Part shown: one piece after another, positions 27,720 through 40,529 of the stretch
How positions within the stretch are numbered: the stretch's first letter is position 1
Layout of the letters: each line of letters starts with the position of its first letter
Source: the human T2T-CHM13v2.0 reference genome, Homo sapiens
DNA: 64,000 nt
Direction: 5' to 3' (one strand)
NCBI RefSeq assembly: GCF_009914755.1
Contig: NC_060938.1
Translations under genes and position numbers: made by a program
Notes under the pieces: generated by a model
What the model saw: only the letters and a program-made list of their open reading frames with translations
Told to the model about the DNA's origin: nothing
Database searches by the model: none

Positions 27720-27865
27720 GGCCAGGCACAGTGGCTCATGCCTGTAATCCCAGCACTTTGGGAGACTGAGATGGGAAGATCACTTGAGGCCAGGAGTTCA
27801 AGGCCAGCTTGGTCAACATAGTGAGATCCCCATCTCTAAAAAAGAGAAAATATAAAATAAAAAAA
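27720..27865 (+). mobile_element. Alu left monomer/FLAM
   Basis: ggccaggcacagtggctcatgcctgtaatcccagc...catctct plus A-rich tail. Confidence 0.85.
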
Positions 27866-27866
27866 T

Positions 27867-28193
27867 GGTCAGGCGACATGGCTCATGCCTGTAATCCTAG
27901 AACTTTGGAAGGTCAAGTCGGGAAGATCACTGGAGGCCAGGAGTTTGGTACCAGCCTGGGCAACATAGCAAGACCTGCCCCCATCTCTAAAAAAATGTAC
28001 AAAATTATCCAGGCATGCTGATACGCACCTGTATTCCAAGCTACTTGGGAAGCTGAGGCAGGAGAATCCCTTGAACAGAGGAGGCGTTGGTTGCAGTGGG
28101 CTGAGATTGGGCCACTGCACTCCAGCCCAGGGAACAGAGCTGGAGTTCCCAGAGACTCTGTTTCAAAAAATAAAAAACAAAAAAAGAGAAAAA
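27867..28193 (+). mobile_element. AluJ-like
   Basis: Diverged dimeric Alu with A-rich tail. Confidence 0.88.
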
Positions 28194-28214
28194 CATTTGT
28201 TGTTACAATCAGGT

Positions 28215-28790
28215 CACAAGCCTGCAGTCAGAGTCATCCTATTAAAGTCAGCTCATGTCTCCTCTGCTCAATAGTCTCCAATACTTCCCATCTCATCTCA
28301 CTCTGAGGAAAAACCAAAATCCTTAAGAGGACCAACAATCACTTTATGATCTGGACCCATCGCCTCTCCGCCCTCAGTTGCAACAGCTCCTACTTCAGTC
28401 TTCCCTAGCCTGATGGCTCCCCTGTTATTCCTCAAACACCATGGCAGATGCCTGCCTCTGGGACTTGGTGTTCACCCTTCTGTATGTCTGAAATGTTCCT
28501 CCCTCAGATATCCAAATGGCTATCTTCCTCGCTGCATAAAGGTTGTTACCAAATGGCAGCTGAGTAAAGGCTTCCCTGGCCACCCTATCTAAACTTTTAC
28601 CACTCTCCCACACTCCCAAAAACCACTTCCTAACCTCTTTAACTGCTTCATTTTTTTCTCCTTAAGACCACCACCTAACATAATGTATATATTTTCCCTC
28701 TTTGTTTTCTGTTGGTGCCCTTCACTGGAATGTGAGCTCTGTGAAGCAGGGGCTTAGTGTCTCCACTGCAGTCTATCTTGCATAGTTACA
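28215..28790 (+). mobile_element. L2 3' fragment
   Basis: agtcatcctattaaagtcagctcatgtc...ggaatgtgagctctgtgaagcaggggc, typical of the L2 3' end. Confidence 0.65.
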
Positions 28791-29945
28791 TCCTTCATTA
28801 TTTCACTCTTAGCTAAGTTCAAGCTAGTTTACTACTGCTGCATACAGTTTAAACACTTCTATCAGGAATTCACTATGTTTCTGGATTTATGTGACTTTTT
28901 TGTTCCCTTCTGTTTATGATATATGATAGACTCTTGCTATTCTTAGAATTCTTTAAGACTCACAAACCCACAAACTGGAATATTTGTAGAGGCCCCTGGT
29001 CGTCCCTTGAATCATACATCCAAACCCCAAATTAACTCCTTTCAACATTTATTAAAGCTGCTTTCTTCTTGATCAATTCAGAAGAGTTATTATGTTGAAA
29101 AGTACAAAGCTGCACTGAGATTCAGACAATGGCATGTATCACGCTTGCTCTAGCAGATCTTTGATCTTTGTGGGACCGCTTGTAAACCACACATGCTGAG
29201 GAGGCAACATCAAGTATGAGGTGACTCTTGAACCGTTTGTACTAGTGATTATCTTTTCCCCATGTCTTTCTGTCTCTTTACTTACACTGTTATTGGAGCT
29301 ATACCTTCTTCACTGGTAATTTCCACTCCTAAATCCAAATATAGTGGGTGACTAATTAATAATTATGGGCTGAGTAAATAATAAATGAGTCATTTTCTAT
29401 CCTTTAGGGATCATATGCTTCTAAGAGCAACATCTGATTGTATTTTATCATCGATATCATTCAAAATCTAATACATCTTCTGTGTCCTCAAGTTTTCTCA
29501 TCCTTAATGCCTCCATTTTTGCGTTTTCCATTTACTTATTCAACCAATATTTGAGGGCCTACTATGTGTGGTAGGGACACAGTTTGAACAGGCAGGTCTG
29601 GTTAGGTGAGGCTGAGGGTGGGGTGTGGAAATATAAATTCTTTGTCTATGATATGTAAACTCAACCTTACAGACAATTACCTAAAAGAAGGCAAGGGTGG
29701 CTGGTACCTAATTGGAGAGAAAGACTTTGGTACAAGATGAGTTCAAAGATGAGATAGGGGACAGATCGCAAAATACCTGATCTGCTATGGTAAAAAAGTT
29801 GTGATTACAGTGCCATGGGTCTAACTTACCTAGTCATTTCTTGATCTAAATTTCATTTTTTACTCTGTTTTTCCTTATAATTCTCCTCTTAAATTTCGGG
29901 TTACTCTCTTTTCTTTATTTTACATTGTATGTGTTTGTGTGTGTA

Positions 29946-30078
29946 TTTTTTTTTTAATTTTAGAAATAGGGACAGAGTCTATGTTGCCCAGGCTGTATTC
30001 AAGTCCTGGGCTCAAGTGATCCTGCTGCCTTAGTTTTCCGAGTAGCTGGAACTACAGGTACACACCACCATGCCTGCC
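29946..30078 (-). mobile_element. Alu monomer fragment
   Basis: tatgttgcccaggctg...ctgggctcaagtgatcct...ggaactacagg. Confidence 0.8.
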
Positions 30079-30507
30079 TTATATTCTTTAATATTACCTA
30101 TAATCTTTCTAACACCCACCTTCAATTTTCTTAAAGTCATTAGTGAGATTAGGTAACAATTTATGGCAAAAGGCACAACAAAAGTGATTACGAGCAGGTG
30201 CACCAAGCATGGCAATAAGAGAAACCAATACATCCACTTCCACGCAAAACATTCTAAGAAATATTAAAAATGAAATAACATTTCTGGACTTGAACATTTT
30301 GCATTATTTTCCTTTTTTCCCTAAACCCTCTCAACAGTAAATTAGTCTGCAAAAATAAATCTGTCTCATGATCTGACTCATAGTTTGTAAACCCTATACT
30401 ATAAAATATACATATTTATATGTAAAATATACACACCTTGCCTTTTAAAAATTATTATGTTTATATTACTCCAGAATTTGTTTCAACATTTTCTGTTTGA
30501 GCAATGC

Positions 30508-30721
30508 ATTTTTTTTTAAAGACAAGGTCTTACTCCATCGCCCAGGCTGGAATGCAGTGGCATGATCATAGCTCACTGCAGCCTCCAACTTCTGGGCTCA
30601 ATTGATCATCCTGACTCAGTCTCTCCAGTAGTGGGACTATACGAACACACCACCATGCCTGGCTAATTTTTATTTTTTTATTTTTGTAGAGACAGTGTCT
30701 CCCTATGTTGCCCAGGCTGGC
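30508..30721 (-). mobile_element. AluJ partial
   Basis: cccaggctggaatgcagtggcatgatcatagctcactgcagcc. Confidence 0.85.
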
Positions 30722-31074
30722 AGTGAATTTTTTCGAGAAGAAATTGTGCTCATTTTAACCAAAACTTTATAAATATTTTAATATTTATTTAATGTCTCTT
30801 CATATTCTATGGAACAATCAATCATTTATAATTCATATATTTGCATGAAGGGTGAAATAGTAAATTAGTAGTTTAAAAAACACTTAAGGATAATCTTCTA
30901 CAATACAAATCTTTAAAAGTTATAATTTTGTTTTTATATCTAAAACTGAAATTTCCCTAGTATTGCAGGTTTCTGAATCTCCTAGAAGATTCAAATACTA
31001 TCTTAATAAAGCAAACGCTGAACTTTATTGTGATAGCATAATGCTGAAAAAGTAAAAGTTATAAATTCTGTTCT

Positions 31075-31361
31075 GGCCAGGCGTGGTGATTCATGCCTGT
31101 AACCCCAGAACTTTGGGAGGCCAAGGTGGGTGGATCAATTGAGGTCAGGAGTTCAAGATCTGCCTGGCCAACATAGTGAAACCCCGTCTCTACTAAAAAT
31201 ACAAAAATTAGCTGGGCATGGTGGCGGATGCCTGTAATCTCAGCTACTCAGGAGGTTGAGGTGGGAGAATCGCTTGAATCTGGGAGGCGGAGGTTGCAGT
31301 GAGCTGAAGTGCGCCACTGCACTCCAACCTGGGCATCAGAGTAAGACTCCATTTCCAAAAA
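31075..31361 (+). mobile_element. AluSx-like with target-site duplication aattctgt(t/c)ct
   Basis: Full dimer, flanked by aattctgttct and aattctgtcct. Confidence 0.92.
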
Positions 31362-32039
31362 GATAATTAATTCTGTCCTATTGTGGTAGCAGCTCAGCAA
31401 AAGGAAACATCCGTCTATATTGAAATCTTTGGAAACAAGCTATAACACTATTGCAAACACTCACTGCATATGTTCAACACATTTATTTAGATTTTCACTT
31501 ATTTCCTCTTGCGGGTTTATGGTAAACTTCTTAAAGGCAAGATTAATTTCTGAGCCAGCTTTGCAACTCCTGCAAAATAAGATACAGGGCTGTGCACAAA
31601 CTATGTGATCAATAAATATCTGCTGAACTCATAAACAATATACTTATAATCTATTATTACAATGTTTAGAAAAAAAGAAAGTTAATGAGGTATTATGAGT
31701 GAATAATAACGTCTTCAGAATAAAGGACTATTATTTTTTGGAGAGTGGGATCATCGGTCCAATACTCCACGTCAACTCTTCTGCTGGTTTGTGGCAAGGT
31801 AAAGAGCTTGCACCAGAATGTAAATCAACTAACTGCTTCCTACACTGAAGGGGTCTTGCTATTTTTAAAAAGTCAGCTGAACAGTAATGAGTATGTTTAG
31901 TGACATCGCCTATTTACATTCTGGCACAAGCTCTGGATCTCACTGCAAACCAGTAAGTCTGCACTGGCCCTGATCTGCAGGCCACACTTTTCAGAATCCT
32001 GGTTCCATGCTACTACTATATATGGACTAACAACAACAA

Positions 32040-32290
32040 TGATGATAATTTTACCAATTAGCATTTATAGAATGATTATTGCACACCAGATGCTATGTTC
32101 AGCACTTAAGCACTTTATATGGATTATTTCATTTAAACTCTTAAGGACCTCATGAGGGTTTACTTTATTATTTCCATTTTTCAAATGAGGAAATGTAAAC
32201 CTTCAGAGGTTTAATTTAAACAGCTTCTAGAAGATCTTCTGTGGTAAGGCAGGTGCTTAAAGTCAGGCAGTATGATCTCTGCTTAACCCC
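32040..32290 (-). mobile_element. MIR
   Basis: tattatttccatttttcaaatgaggaaatgtaaaccttcagaggtt MIR core. Confidence 0.6.
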
Positions 32291-32926
32291 AGTTAAGTGT
32301 ATAATGTATATGCTTAACCATATATCCATACTGCTTCCTGACTATGTTATATATTGCCTCCAGACTACATTTTAAAAAATAGGCTCACGTTGCATCACTG
32401 GGGGTTGAAGAAATACTTGACACTAATGGAGATGTCAGGAAGAGAGGTCTGGAAGAAATGCCATAAAACTGAAAAACATGGTAAAGATAGATTTGTAAAT
32501 CTTTTTTATAGATTTGAAAAACATATTTCTAATACAAAGTTACAGTCAAATATTTAATACACTTTATCTCTCAAGCACGGTATGCTTTAATTGAAACAAT
32601 GGACCTAATCATTACTAGGACTTTTAGAAGGTCACTTCTTTGTTTGCCTTTGTTTTAATAGCCTCAAATCTCCCAAAAATATATCCTATTTGGTTTCCAG
32701 TATCAATTTAAAGTCTTTCTGGGAAAAGATAAGGTCAAAATTCAAAATTTATTTTAAAATCCTTATTTCTAGACTTGTAACGAGTTGATTGCTTTGATTT
32801 TAAGTAAGCAAATCTAGTTAATTAGCTTTTTAAAAATAAAAAAGGTCCATTTTTAACTCAATGTTGGTTCATATCAGATACAACCAGCCTTGTATTGACA
32901 ATTGGTTGAATATAAAATATTATATT

Positions 32927-32976
32927 AATAACAACAGATACTGCAGTTGATCTTAGCCAAAAGGCCTAGAAGTGAT
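32927..32976 (-). pseudogene. U2 snRNA 5'-fragment retropseudogene (RNU2-P type)
   Basis: Reverse complement ATCACTTCTAGGCCTTTTGGCTAAGATCAACTGCAGTATCTGTTGTTATT matches U2 nt 1-50 at 44/50; flanked by imperfect TSD gaatataaaatatt / gaatatacagtatt. Confidence 0.93.
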
Positions 32977-33087
32977 GAATATACAGTATTGAATATTGTA
33001 TTGCATATTGGTTGAATAACCAAACCTGCACAATCAAATTTTTTAAAAAGAATCCTTACATTCTAATGGTACTTAAAAAAATTTTAG

Positions 33088-33212
33088 GCTTGGGGCAGTG
33101 GCTCATGCCTGTAATCCAATCCTTTTGGGAGGCCAAGTGGGGAAGATAATTTGAGCCCAGGAGTTAGAGACTAGCCTGGGCAACACAGTGAGACCCTGTC
33201 TCTACTAAAAAA
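33088..33212 (+). mobile_element. Alu left monomer/FLAM
   Basis: gcagtggctcatgcctgtaatcc...gagaccctgtctctactaaaaaa. Confidence 0.82.
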
Positions 33213-33717
33213 CTTATTTTTAAATGTATCTACAGAAAGTCCCCCCGAGCTCAATCAATGTTTATGTAGAGTATTAATATACCACTCCCCACAAATAAGT
33301 TTCTAAGTCAAAGGTATTGTCAGAAGTTCAAAAGACTGGACCACTCAGTGCTTTGTGATACTATTTTGATGATTTTTTGACTGCATTCCATTCCAAAAAC
33401 TAATTTACTCTGAGTAGAAGCAGAGTTAATAAAGTATGCAAAAATACTAATCTGGCTTATTTAAGTAGTCTAGTGACATATCTGAGAAAAATTTTGTGTG
33501 AGATTCAATAAAAGCTGAGATTTAAAGAACAGGTTACTGCTGGTCTCCCCAAGTTAACATAGTTTACCTGAGACATACACAAAATTAACTTTTATCCCTC
33601 TCTCTCTCTCTCTCTTTTTTTAAGTATTTGCTTGAGGCATAATCATAATCAACTTCTAAAGTTACATTTTACTTGATTTGTTGTCCCAAATGTAGACGAA
33701 AAATCCATAAATAGACA

Positions 33718-33830
33718 CAGGCACAGTGGCTCATGCCTGGAATCCCAACACTTTCGAAGGCTGAGGCTGGAGGAGCCCAGGAGTTCCAGACCAGAGTAGG
33801 CAACATAGCAATACTCTGTATCTAAAAAAT
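33718..33830 (+). mobile_element. Alu monomer fragment
   Basis: ggcacagtggctcatgcctggaatcccaacactt. Confidence 0.75.
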
Positions 33831-34039
33831 CTGTTTAAAAATGTTTCAAAAATATTTTTAAACATAAATATGAAGATTTCGGTTGTTAACAAAGTAATGG
33901 GTAGTCATTTTACATGAACTTTAATAAAACAATAATAGATGAACTGTGTTGTGCGTTCTAAGGTGACTAGAGGAAAATATAATCATTTTGGGGAATGCCA
34001 ATGCATGAACTCCTCAGGAGTAGGCACTCTTCCATTAAT

Positions 34040-34950
34040 CCTCCCAGATTTTCAGTTCCCTTTTCTGAACACTGGTCTTTAGTCTCCGCGGGTTCTTCCA
34101 CCATCAGCCCCTCCCCACAACGTAAAATGTGCATACTTCAGGGCTCTATCCTTTACCCTCTTATTCCACATAATATCCCTGGAGAAAATCATCACATTTT
34201 AACTTCAATCACTAAATGCTTAATCCAAATTTCTATCTTCATCTCAGACTTTTTCCCTTTAGTTCCAGACCCACATGTCCAACTACTACTACTTATGGGA
34301 CCCCCAACATATATGACAGGCTTCTCAAACTGAACACATCTACCCCACTTCTTAAACTCCTCAAATATTTTTTTCTTTTTTAGAGTCCAATGAATAACAG
34401 AACAATCCACTCTATCACCCCACTATCATCCCTGGCTTCTCCTTCCTCATCTCCTGTATCACCAAGATCTGCCAATTCTACCTTTTTTCGTGGCCCCTCC
34501 TTCTTATTCCCACCATCGCTCTCCTAGTTCTCTTCATTTCTTCACTGAGCTTCAACAACATCTCCAATTTTTTGGTCTCTCATTTAAGCTCTCTACCAAT
34601 CTGTCATTTGAGTGTTGCCAGTGATCCTTTCCAAATGCAAAACTGATCCAGTCACTGACCCAAATCCTCCTTATTACCTTTAAGGAAAATAAACTCGTGG
34701 TCCTTAGGTTCCTTCTGATTTGGCCCACATTTGCCTTTCTGGCCTTACTTCCTCCCATTTTCTGCTAATACACGTGAAGAAGTATTCTCCAGTTCAGCCA
34801 CAATAAACCAAGGCTTACTTGTTCTCCCAGCATTCATGCCTCAGCCCAGGCTGTTCTGCTTCAGAAGCACCTGGTCATTTCCTGTTCACCCTTTATGACA
34901 TGCAATTCCAGAGCCCAGGAAGTACCTAACACATTGTGAATGTGGTATCA
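34040..34950 (+). mobile_element. L2 fragment
   Basis: cagggctctatcctt...ccaaatttctatcttcatctcagac...gccagtgatcctttccaaatgcaaaactgatc. Confidence 0.6.
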
Positions 34951-35476
34951 ATGTCTGCTCTATGCCTAAGTCAATAACAGCCCTTTATATTAAAAAAGTT
35001 CATTACAACATACAAGATATTTTCATTCATAATCTATAATCACATTTATCTTGATTCTCACAACTAGACTATCAGACAACCATTGCAGGTTTTATTATCC
35101 CAAGTTATCAATGACAAAATAATAGCTTCTGTTTTTCCAAAGGGGCAAAGCTAGAAATTAATGCAATGACCCCAAACTAAAGGTTTGACCTCTCTATTAT
35201 TACCCTACTTGAATTATCAGGTACACAATGAAGCCCACCGTGTGCTAAAAGCAACACAGAAGAAGCGTAAGTCATGCACTTAGCTCCAAACATATTTAAT
35301 CTAGTCAGAGGTACAAGATCCAACCATATGAGATAAAATTCTATAGGAAAGTATCCTACAGAGCTAAATGCTAAACAGTGTAGCACCCCCAGTAGGAGAG
35401 AGAAGTGCATTTAGTGGGCATTAGCCTAATCCTGAAAGACTTTCCAGAAACTGGGGCAGCATGCTCCTGCAGTCCC

Positions 35477-35478
35477 AT

Positions 35479-35522
<44 letters not shown>

Positions 35523-35820
35523 TTTTTTTTTGAGACGGAATCTTGCTTGGTCACCCAGGTTGGAGTACAGTGGCCCAATCTCTGCTCACTGCAAGCTCCG
35601 CCTCCTGGGTTCACGCCATTCTCCTGGCTCAGCCTCCTGAGCAGCTGGGACTACAGGTGCCCGCCACCATGCCCAGCTAACTTTTTGTATTTTTAGTAGA
35701 GACGGGGTTTCACCATGTTTGCTAGGATGGTCTCGATGTCCTGATCTCCTGACCTCGTGATCCGCCCACCTCAGCCTTCCAATGTTCTGGGATTACAGGC
35801 GTGAGCCACCGCACCCAGCC
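35477..35820 (-). mobile_element. AluY with (TTTA)n tail
   Basis: AluY-diagnostic tgcaagctccgcctcc...ttcacgccattctcc; about ten TTTA units. Confidence 0.92.
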
Positions 35821-38510
35821 AGTCTCCTTTAGACTGTGGATGAGTAAACGGCTGAGAGATAGACATTCCATGTGAGTGCAACAAATTGAATGTAGACCAT
35901 GACAAGTTTGGAGAATAAAGAGGAAAACACCAAAAATAGAAATTTGATTGTTTTCCACCTTTGACCGAACTCCTTAAGAGTTTCAGAAAGTATCAGATAG
36001 AGAAAAAAGTACCCTGACTCTGGAAAAGAAAACAAAAACCAACAAAAACCCTAAAACCAACAAAAACAAAAATGAAAACTTCCTTCAACTTACCACAGTA
36101 AGGCTAGAAGACAGAACTATTAATAGCATGCTCATTTGCTATATTTGTATCAACCTATTTGCATTAAATAATGTTAACCTCCCACTAAAGTTATTTCTAC
36201 TTTGAATTCTGAAGTAGTCAAGAGATTTAAATAAGAAAAAGACAACTTCTGTTTCTTCATTGTTATTTGTTATTCCCTATCCATAATGCTTCAGTTTGCT
36301 ACATTTAGCTTAACACCAGCAAAGTAAACAATAATGTAACTATTCTATCTAGTAATGAGCTTAGAGACTTAAAAAAATATACATAGAACTTTATTCCTTT
36401 TCATTTGACCACTAATAACATACTGAACATGCCGGTGAAAAGAAATAAAACACAATGGTAGAAAACTCCAAAAAGGTACAATCAGTGTCTTTACCATTCA
36501 TCCCCCACCCCTATCTCATCAGCAACTTTCTGATCTCGGGTGTTTTTTCCAATAGTAATGTGTATCCCTATATCCAAACAATTTCTCTAAAGCCCTTCTC
36601 ATTCATTCAAAAACGTTTAACAAGTACATTGCACTAGGTGATAGAGGAACAGAAATTGAATATTGTCCCTGCCTCAGACATTTCAGTGCTTTTACGCCTC
36701 ACTTCCACTCCTAACCAGTCTTCTTCCACAGGTACCCTGTCCCCTAAAATCAAATGTTGCTTTTCACAGTTGCCTTTCCTTGTCACCTAAAGTATTTCAA
36801 TTCAAAATTTCCTCGAAGTCAACTTCACAGCTGCTGATAAAATAATCATTCTATATGATTACAAAGTGTTTCACCAATACATATCCCCATTTTTTCCAAA
36901 CTTAAAATTTCTTCAGTCCTTACTACTTTAATATAGAGACCTGCACTATTGTTTCTTCTTTTTTAAAAAAACTAATGCTAATCCTTTACTGTTTCAGCAG
37001 AATTAATCTTACCTTTTCTTTTGTCAATAAATGCCAGGTGTTTCTTAAATCAATATCTTGTCACTTTTGATTATGATATACTGATCACTCTATTTGTATC
37101 TTGAATGAAAAGATCGCTTTGTGATTTTGCTAATGATATGTAAACTAGAACTTGAGAACCACTGGATACAGAAGTACTGCTGATCTTTAGATACTTTCTG
37201 TCTAAAAATGAAGCCCTGTCTCCAAATTTCAGGAACAGGGAGTTAAGGTTCCATGAAGTGTTTACTTTCCACCCTCAATTTATTACCTTAATACTTCAGC
37301 TTAAGAATTATGTGTTCTGTATATATCACGCTGCTTGTCAATATCCACACATAAACCTTCTTGTTTTGACAATTAATCTGAAAAAGTCCCCATATAGTCT
37401 AAGAGGGGGAAGAGCTAATTTGGAAGAATATAATATATGTCAGTTTCCATCACAGAATATATGCTTCTCAAGTTCAATTAACCTCTCAATGATTCCCTTT
37501 CTAAGAGGAAAGTAATTCTCCTTAGTGTCCTTGTCATCCATGAAGTGGAAATCTTTATACTGGCAAGATTATTAATCACTTGCATGACCCCCAAAACGGC
37601 TCTTCCTTCCATTTCCCTCAAGTACTGTCTGGAGCAGCGGTTGGAACTAATAGAGGGGCCATAATCTCCAGACCTGAGTACCAAATCAATCCTGCAGCCC
37701 CCCACACCCTTAATGCCCCTGCACTTTCTTGCTTATCCTTTTTCTGTCCTCTCCATTTTTCTTTCTTCCTTCCGGTGTTCCAGAACCTATGATACTCTGC
37801 CGGTTGTTTGAATTTTTACAACCTACCAGATAATAATCCCTTGTGATCCTCAAAGCTTCCTTAAAGCAAACCCTGCATCACTGTGTTTTAAAACCAGTAT
37901 GAAAGACTATTGTGTGGGATAATGTTACATTGTTTCACAGCCCTACAAAGTTTGGCCACAAAACGTGTGGGCAGATTCCATAACTCAACTGGAAACGCGA
38001 AGGACTGAAACAAATCAACACACACAAAACGAAGCCAGCGAGAAAGATCCAACCCGGGCCCCCTGCCTGAAATGGGACATGGGGATGACGGGGCAAAGCC
38101 TGGCAAAGCCGGGCAAAGCCGTGCTCCTGGCTCTCGCGATTCAGAAGGCGCTCCCAGCTCACTGGGGACGACAGCGACGATGGCAGCGGCTCGCATTGCT
38201 CCACGCTTCCCGTCAGGGGGGCTCCAGGGACCACCCCAGGCCCGGCCCATGCCCGGGCTCGGAGGAAGCCCCTGGTACTAGGGCTGCCAGCAGGGCTCCG
38301 TCCTCTCTCTGAGGCGTGGCTCCCGGAGCAGGGGGCGCGGAGGCCGCCCTCGGCGTTTCAGAGTCGGGGCAGGGAATGTCCACGGCCAACTGCGGGCAGG
38401 GGACCCCCAGGCGACTACAACAGGTGCGCCGGGTCCGCCCACCCGGCTCGGGGCGCGCCCGCCCCTGCGCCGACCCCCGACCCCTTCCGCCGCCGGGGCC
38501 CAGCTGTTAC

Positions 38511-38760
38511 CTGCAGTGGCGCCTCCCGAGTCCCGGGAGGGCGGCCCAGGGCCGGCGCCTTACCCGAGGGCAGGCCCACTCGCCCAACGGACGCCGCGTG
38601 TCGGCGAAGTCGGGGCACAGGTCCTGCGGGGCCACGAGGGCCGCCAGGGAGGGCGCGACCACCTGACCGGGCTTCACAGGCAGTGTCCTCAGCCGGTGAC
38701 CTGGCTGCTACCATCGCTCAGTGTCCCTGGCGACGCGCGGATCCTCACGCGCTCCCTCAC
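38511..38760 (-). other. Putative antisense non-coding first exon (DHX32 direction)
   Basis: Minus-strand donors CAG|GTAACA (~38,510) and CGG|GTAAGG (~38,563) inside the island; DHX32 is recalled as head-to-head with FANK1; the exon's 5' end is a guess. Confidence 0.4.
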
Positions 38761-38822
38761 TTCCTGCGGCTTTTGGTCCCTCCCGCTCGCCATCCCTCTG
38801 GTTCTGCCCACTCTGCCTCCGG

Positions 38823-38836
38823 GTTCTCAGGGCAAC
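38823..38836. promoter_or_regulatory. RFX X-box
   Basis: GTTCTCAGGGCAAC fits RYYNYY-NN-RRNRAC, ~80 bp upstream of the ATG; typical of cilia and sperm genes. Confidence 0.6.
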
Positions 38837-38839
38837 CGT

Positions 38840-38925
38840 AGCGACGCCGGCCCTGGCTGAGAGGCGTTAGGAGCCCGGGCGTTCGCCCGCGGAGGGCGGG
38901 GAGCAGCCGACCATGGAGCCCCAGA
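38840..38925 (+). pseudogene. FANK1: FANK1-like exon 1 (5'UTR plus 13 coding nt, MEPQ-); no downstream exons recognised in the window
   Basis: Kozak gccgaccATGG; ATGGAGCCCCAGA at 38,913-38,925 followed by donor GTAAGG; recalled FANK1 N-terminus is MEPQK; 5' end approximate. Confidence 0.78.
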
Positions 38926-40140
38926 GTAAGGGAGGCCGGGGCTGGAGCTGGGACCGGGGCGGGAGACCAGGCTGGGGCTCCCTGGGAACCAGTGTGGGCG
39001 CCCTGCGTGCGACTCCGCAGGTTTCAGCGCTCGGACACGGAAATACGGTTTGCGTCTCCTCGCACTTTTCTCTCTTGGAGAGGGGAGAAGGGGGCTACAT
39101 CTTGCCAAGTCTGTATGGTTGGGCCGCCGGCGCCCGAAAGTCCGCGCTGGGGGCCGGGAGCGACTGGAGAGCCCCGAGGTATGGGTGGGGGAGGGCGCAG
39201 CGACCCCAGCTTGCGCCTTCCTGAAACTTCGCCCAGACAGTTCCATTTACTCCTCCTCCTACTCATGATTTTAGTTTGGTAGTTTGGTTAATTAATTGTA
39301 AGTAGCCCATTTTTCTTCTAAAATGCCAGCAATTAAACACGTCTGAGGCTGGGTTTTGTATTTATTAGAGACCCCATCTTACTCCCTGTCCCCCGCCCCA
39401 CACCCCTAGTCTGCGACTTGAAGGAGAGAGAGAAAAAAAGAGCTCTGTCCAAGTGTATTTGATTCATTCTTAGGGGTTCTACAAGTTAGGACACTCAAAA
39501 AGTGTTTGTGATCTCTTTTTCTGTTTTCCCATGTTGCTTTTGATGTATGGCAAAAGTTGTGCAGTTTTGAGTTATCAGATCTAACACAAGCTCTAACTTA
39601 CTATTTTTGTTGTTGTTTTTACCTTTCCAGGGACTTTGTTTCAAGGCCTTTCTTTCTCTGCCCCGCCTAAGCTGTCTTATTGTTCCTTTTGTTCTGAAAA
39701 TAAGGGGAGTGTTTTGTATGGAGACTTAAAATATCTAAAACCTTCATAGAAGGATGCAGTTTGACTTCCAAACCAAGCGGTCTTATCATGTACAATTTCA
39801 GAAATGAAGAACTCAGACCAAATCTACTCTCTGGGGAAAATGTTGGCATTTTTAAAGGTCACTCGTTTTCCACCAAGAAAGTTTCAAATACTTTTCTTTT
39901 TAACTCATTTGATGAGGAGAAAACTTGCAAGTTGTGACTTATAGTTGCTTGATAAATTTTGTACAGTATTTGTTATTTGCATTTACAGCTCTTTGGATTC
40001 TACATTTTTTTTAACCTAGTAAAAGAAATTTAGCATACGACAACGCTAAAATTTTTGTTTTATGTCAAACTGATGGCAGGCTGTGTGTATTCCCACCTTA
40101 GAGAAGTGAGTTGAAATGTATCTTTTAAAAACAACAACTT

Positions 40141-40472
<332 letters not shown>

Positions 40473-40529
40473 TCAGATTTATGTTACTGTTTACATGTGT
40501 AAACTATAATTTCAAGTTATTCAGTGCTG

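Larger units (their letters stand above)
38030..39235. promoter_or_regulatory. CpG island; bidirectional promoter of FANK1/DHX32 type
   Basis: ~1.2 kb very GC- and CpG-rich tract with GC boxes (gggcggg), against CpG-depleted flanks. Confidence 0.9.

Noticed and set aside
29045-29280. 3'UTR-like stretch with minus-strand AATAAA
   Set aside because: No convincing acceptor or recognisable gene match; noted only as a possible terminator of antisense transcription
26998-38000. DHX32 coding exons
   Set aside because: No DEAH-helicase-like translation was found; the copy appears to break before the coding region
37888-39282. Overlapping 70-140 aa ORFs in the CpG island, including the 103-aa MEPQSKGG... 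ORF
   Set aside because: GC-rich sequence is poor in stop codons; the MEPQ ORF reads through the splice donor into intron
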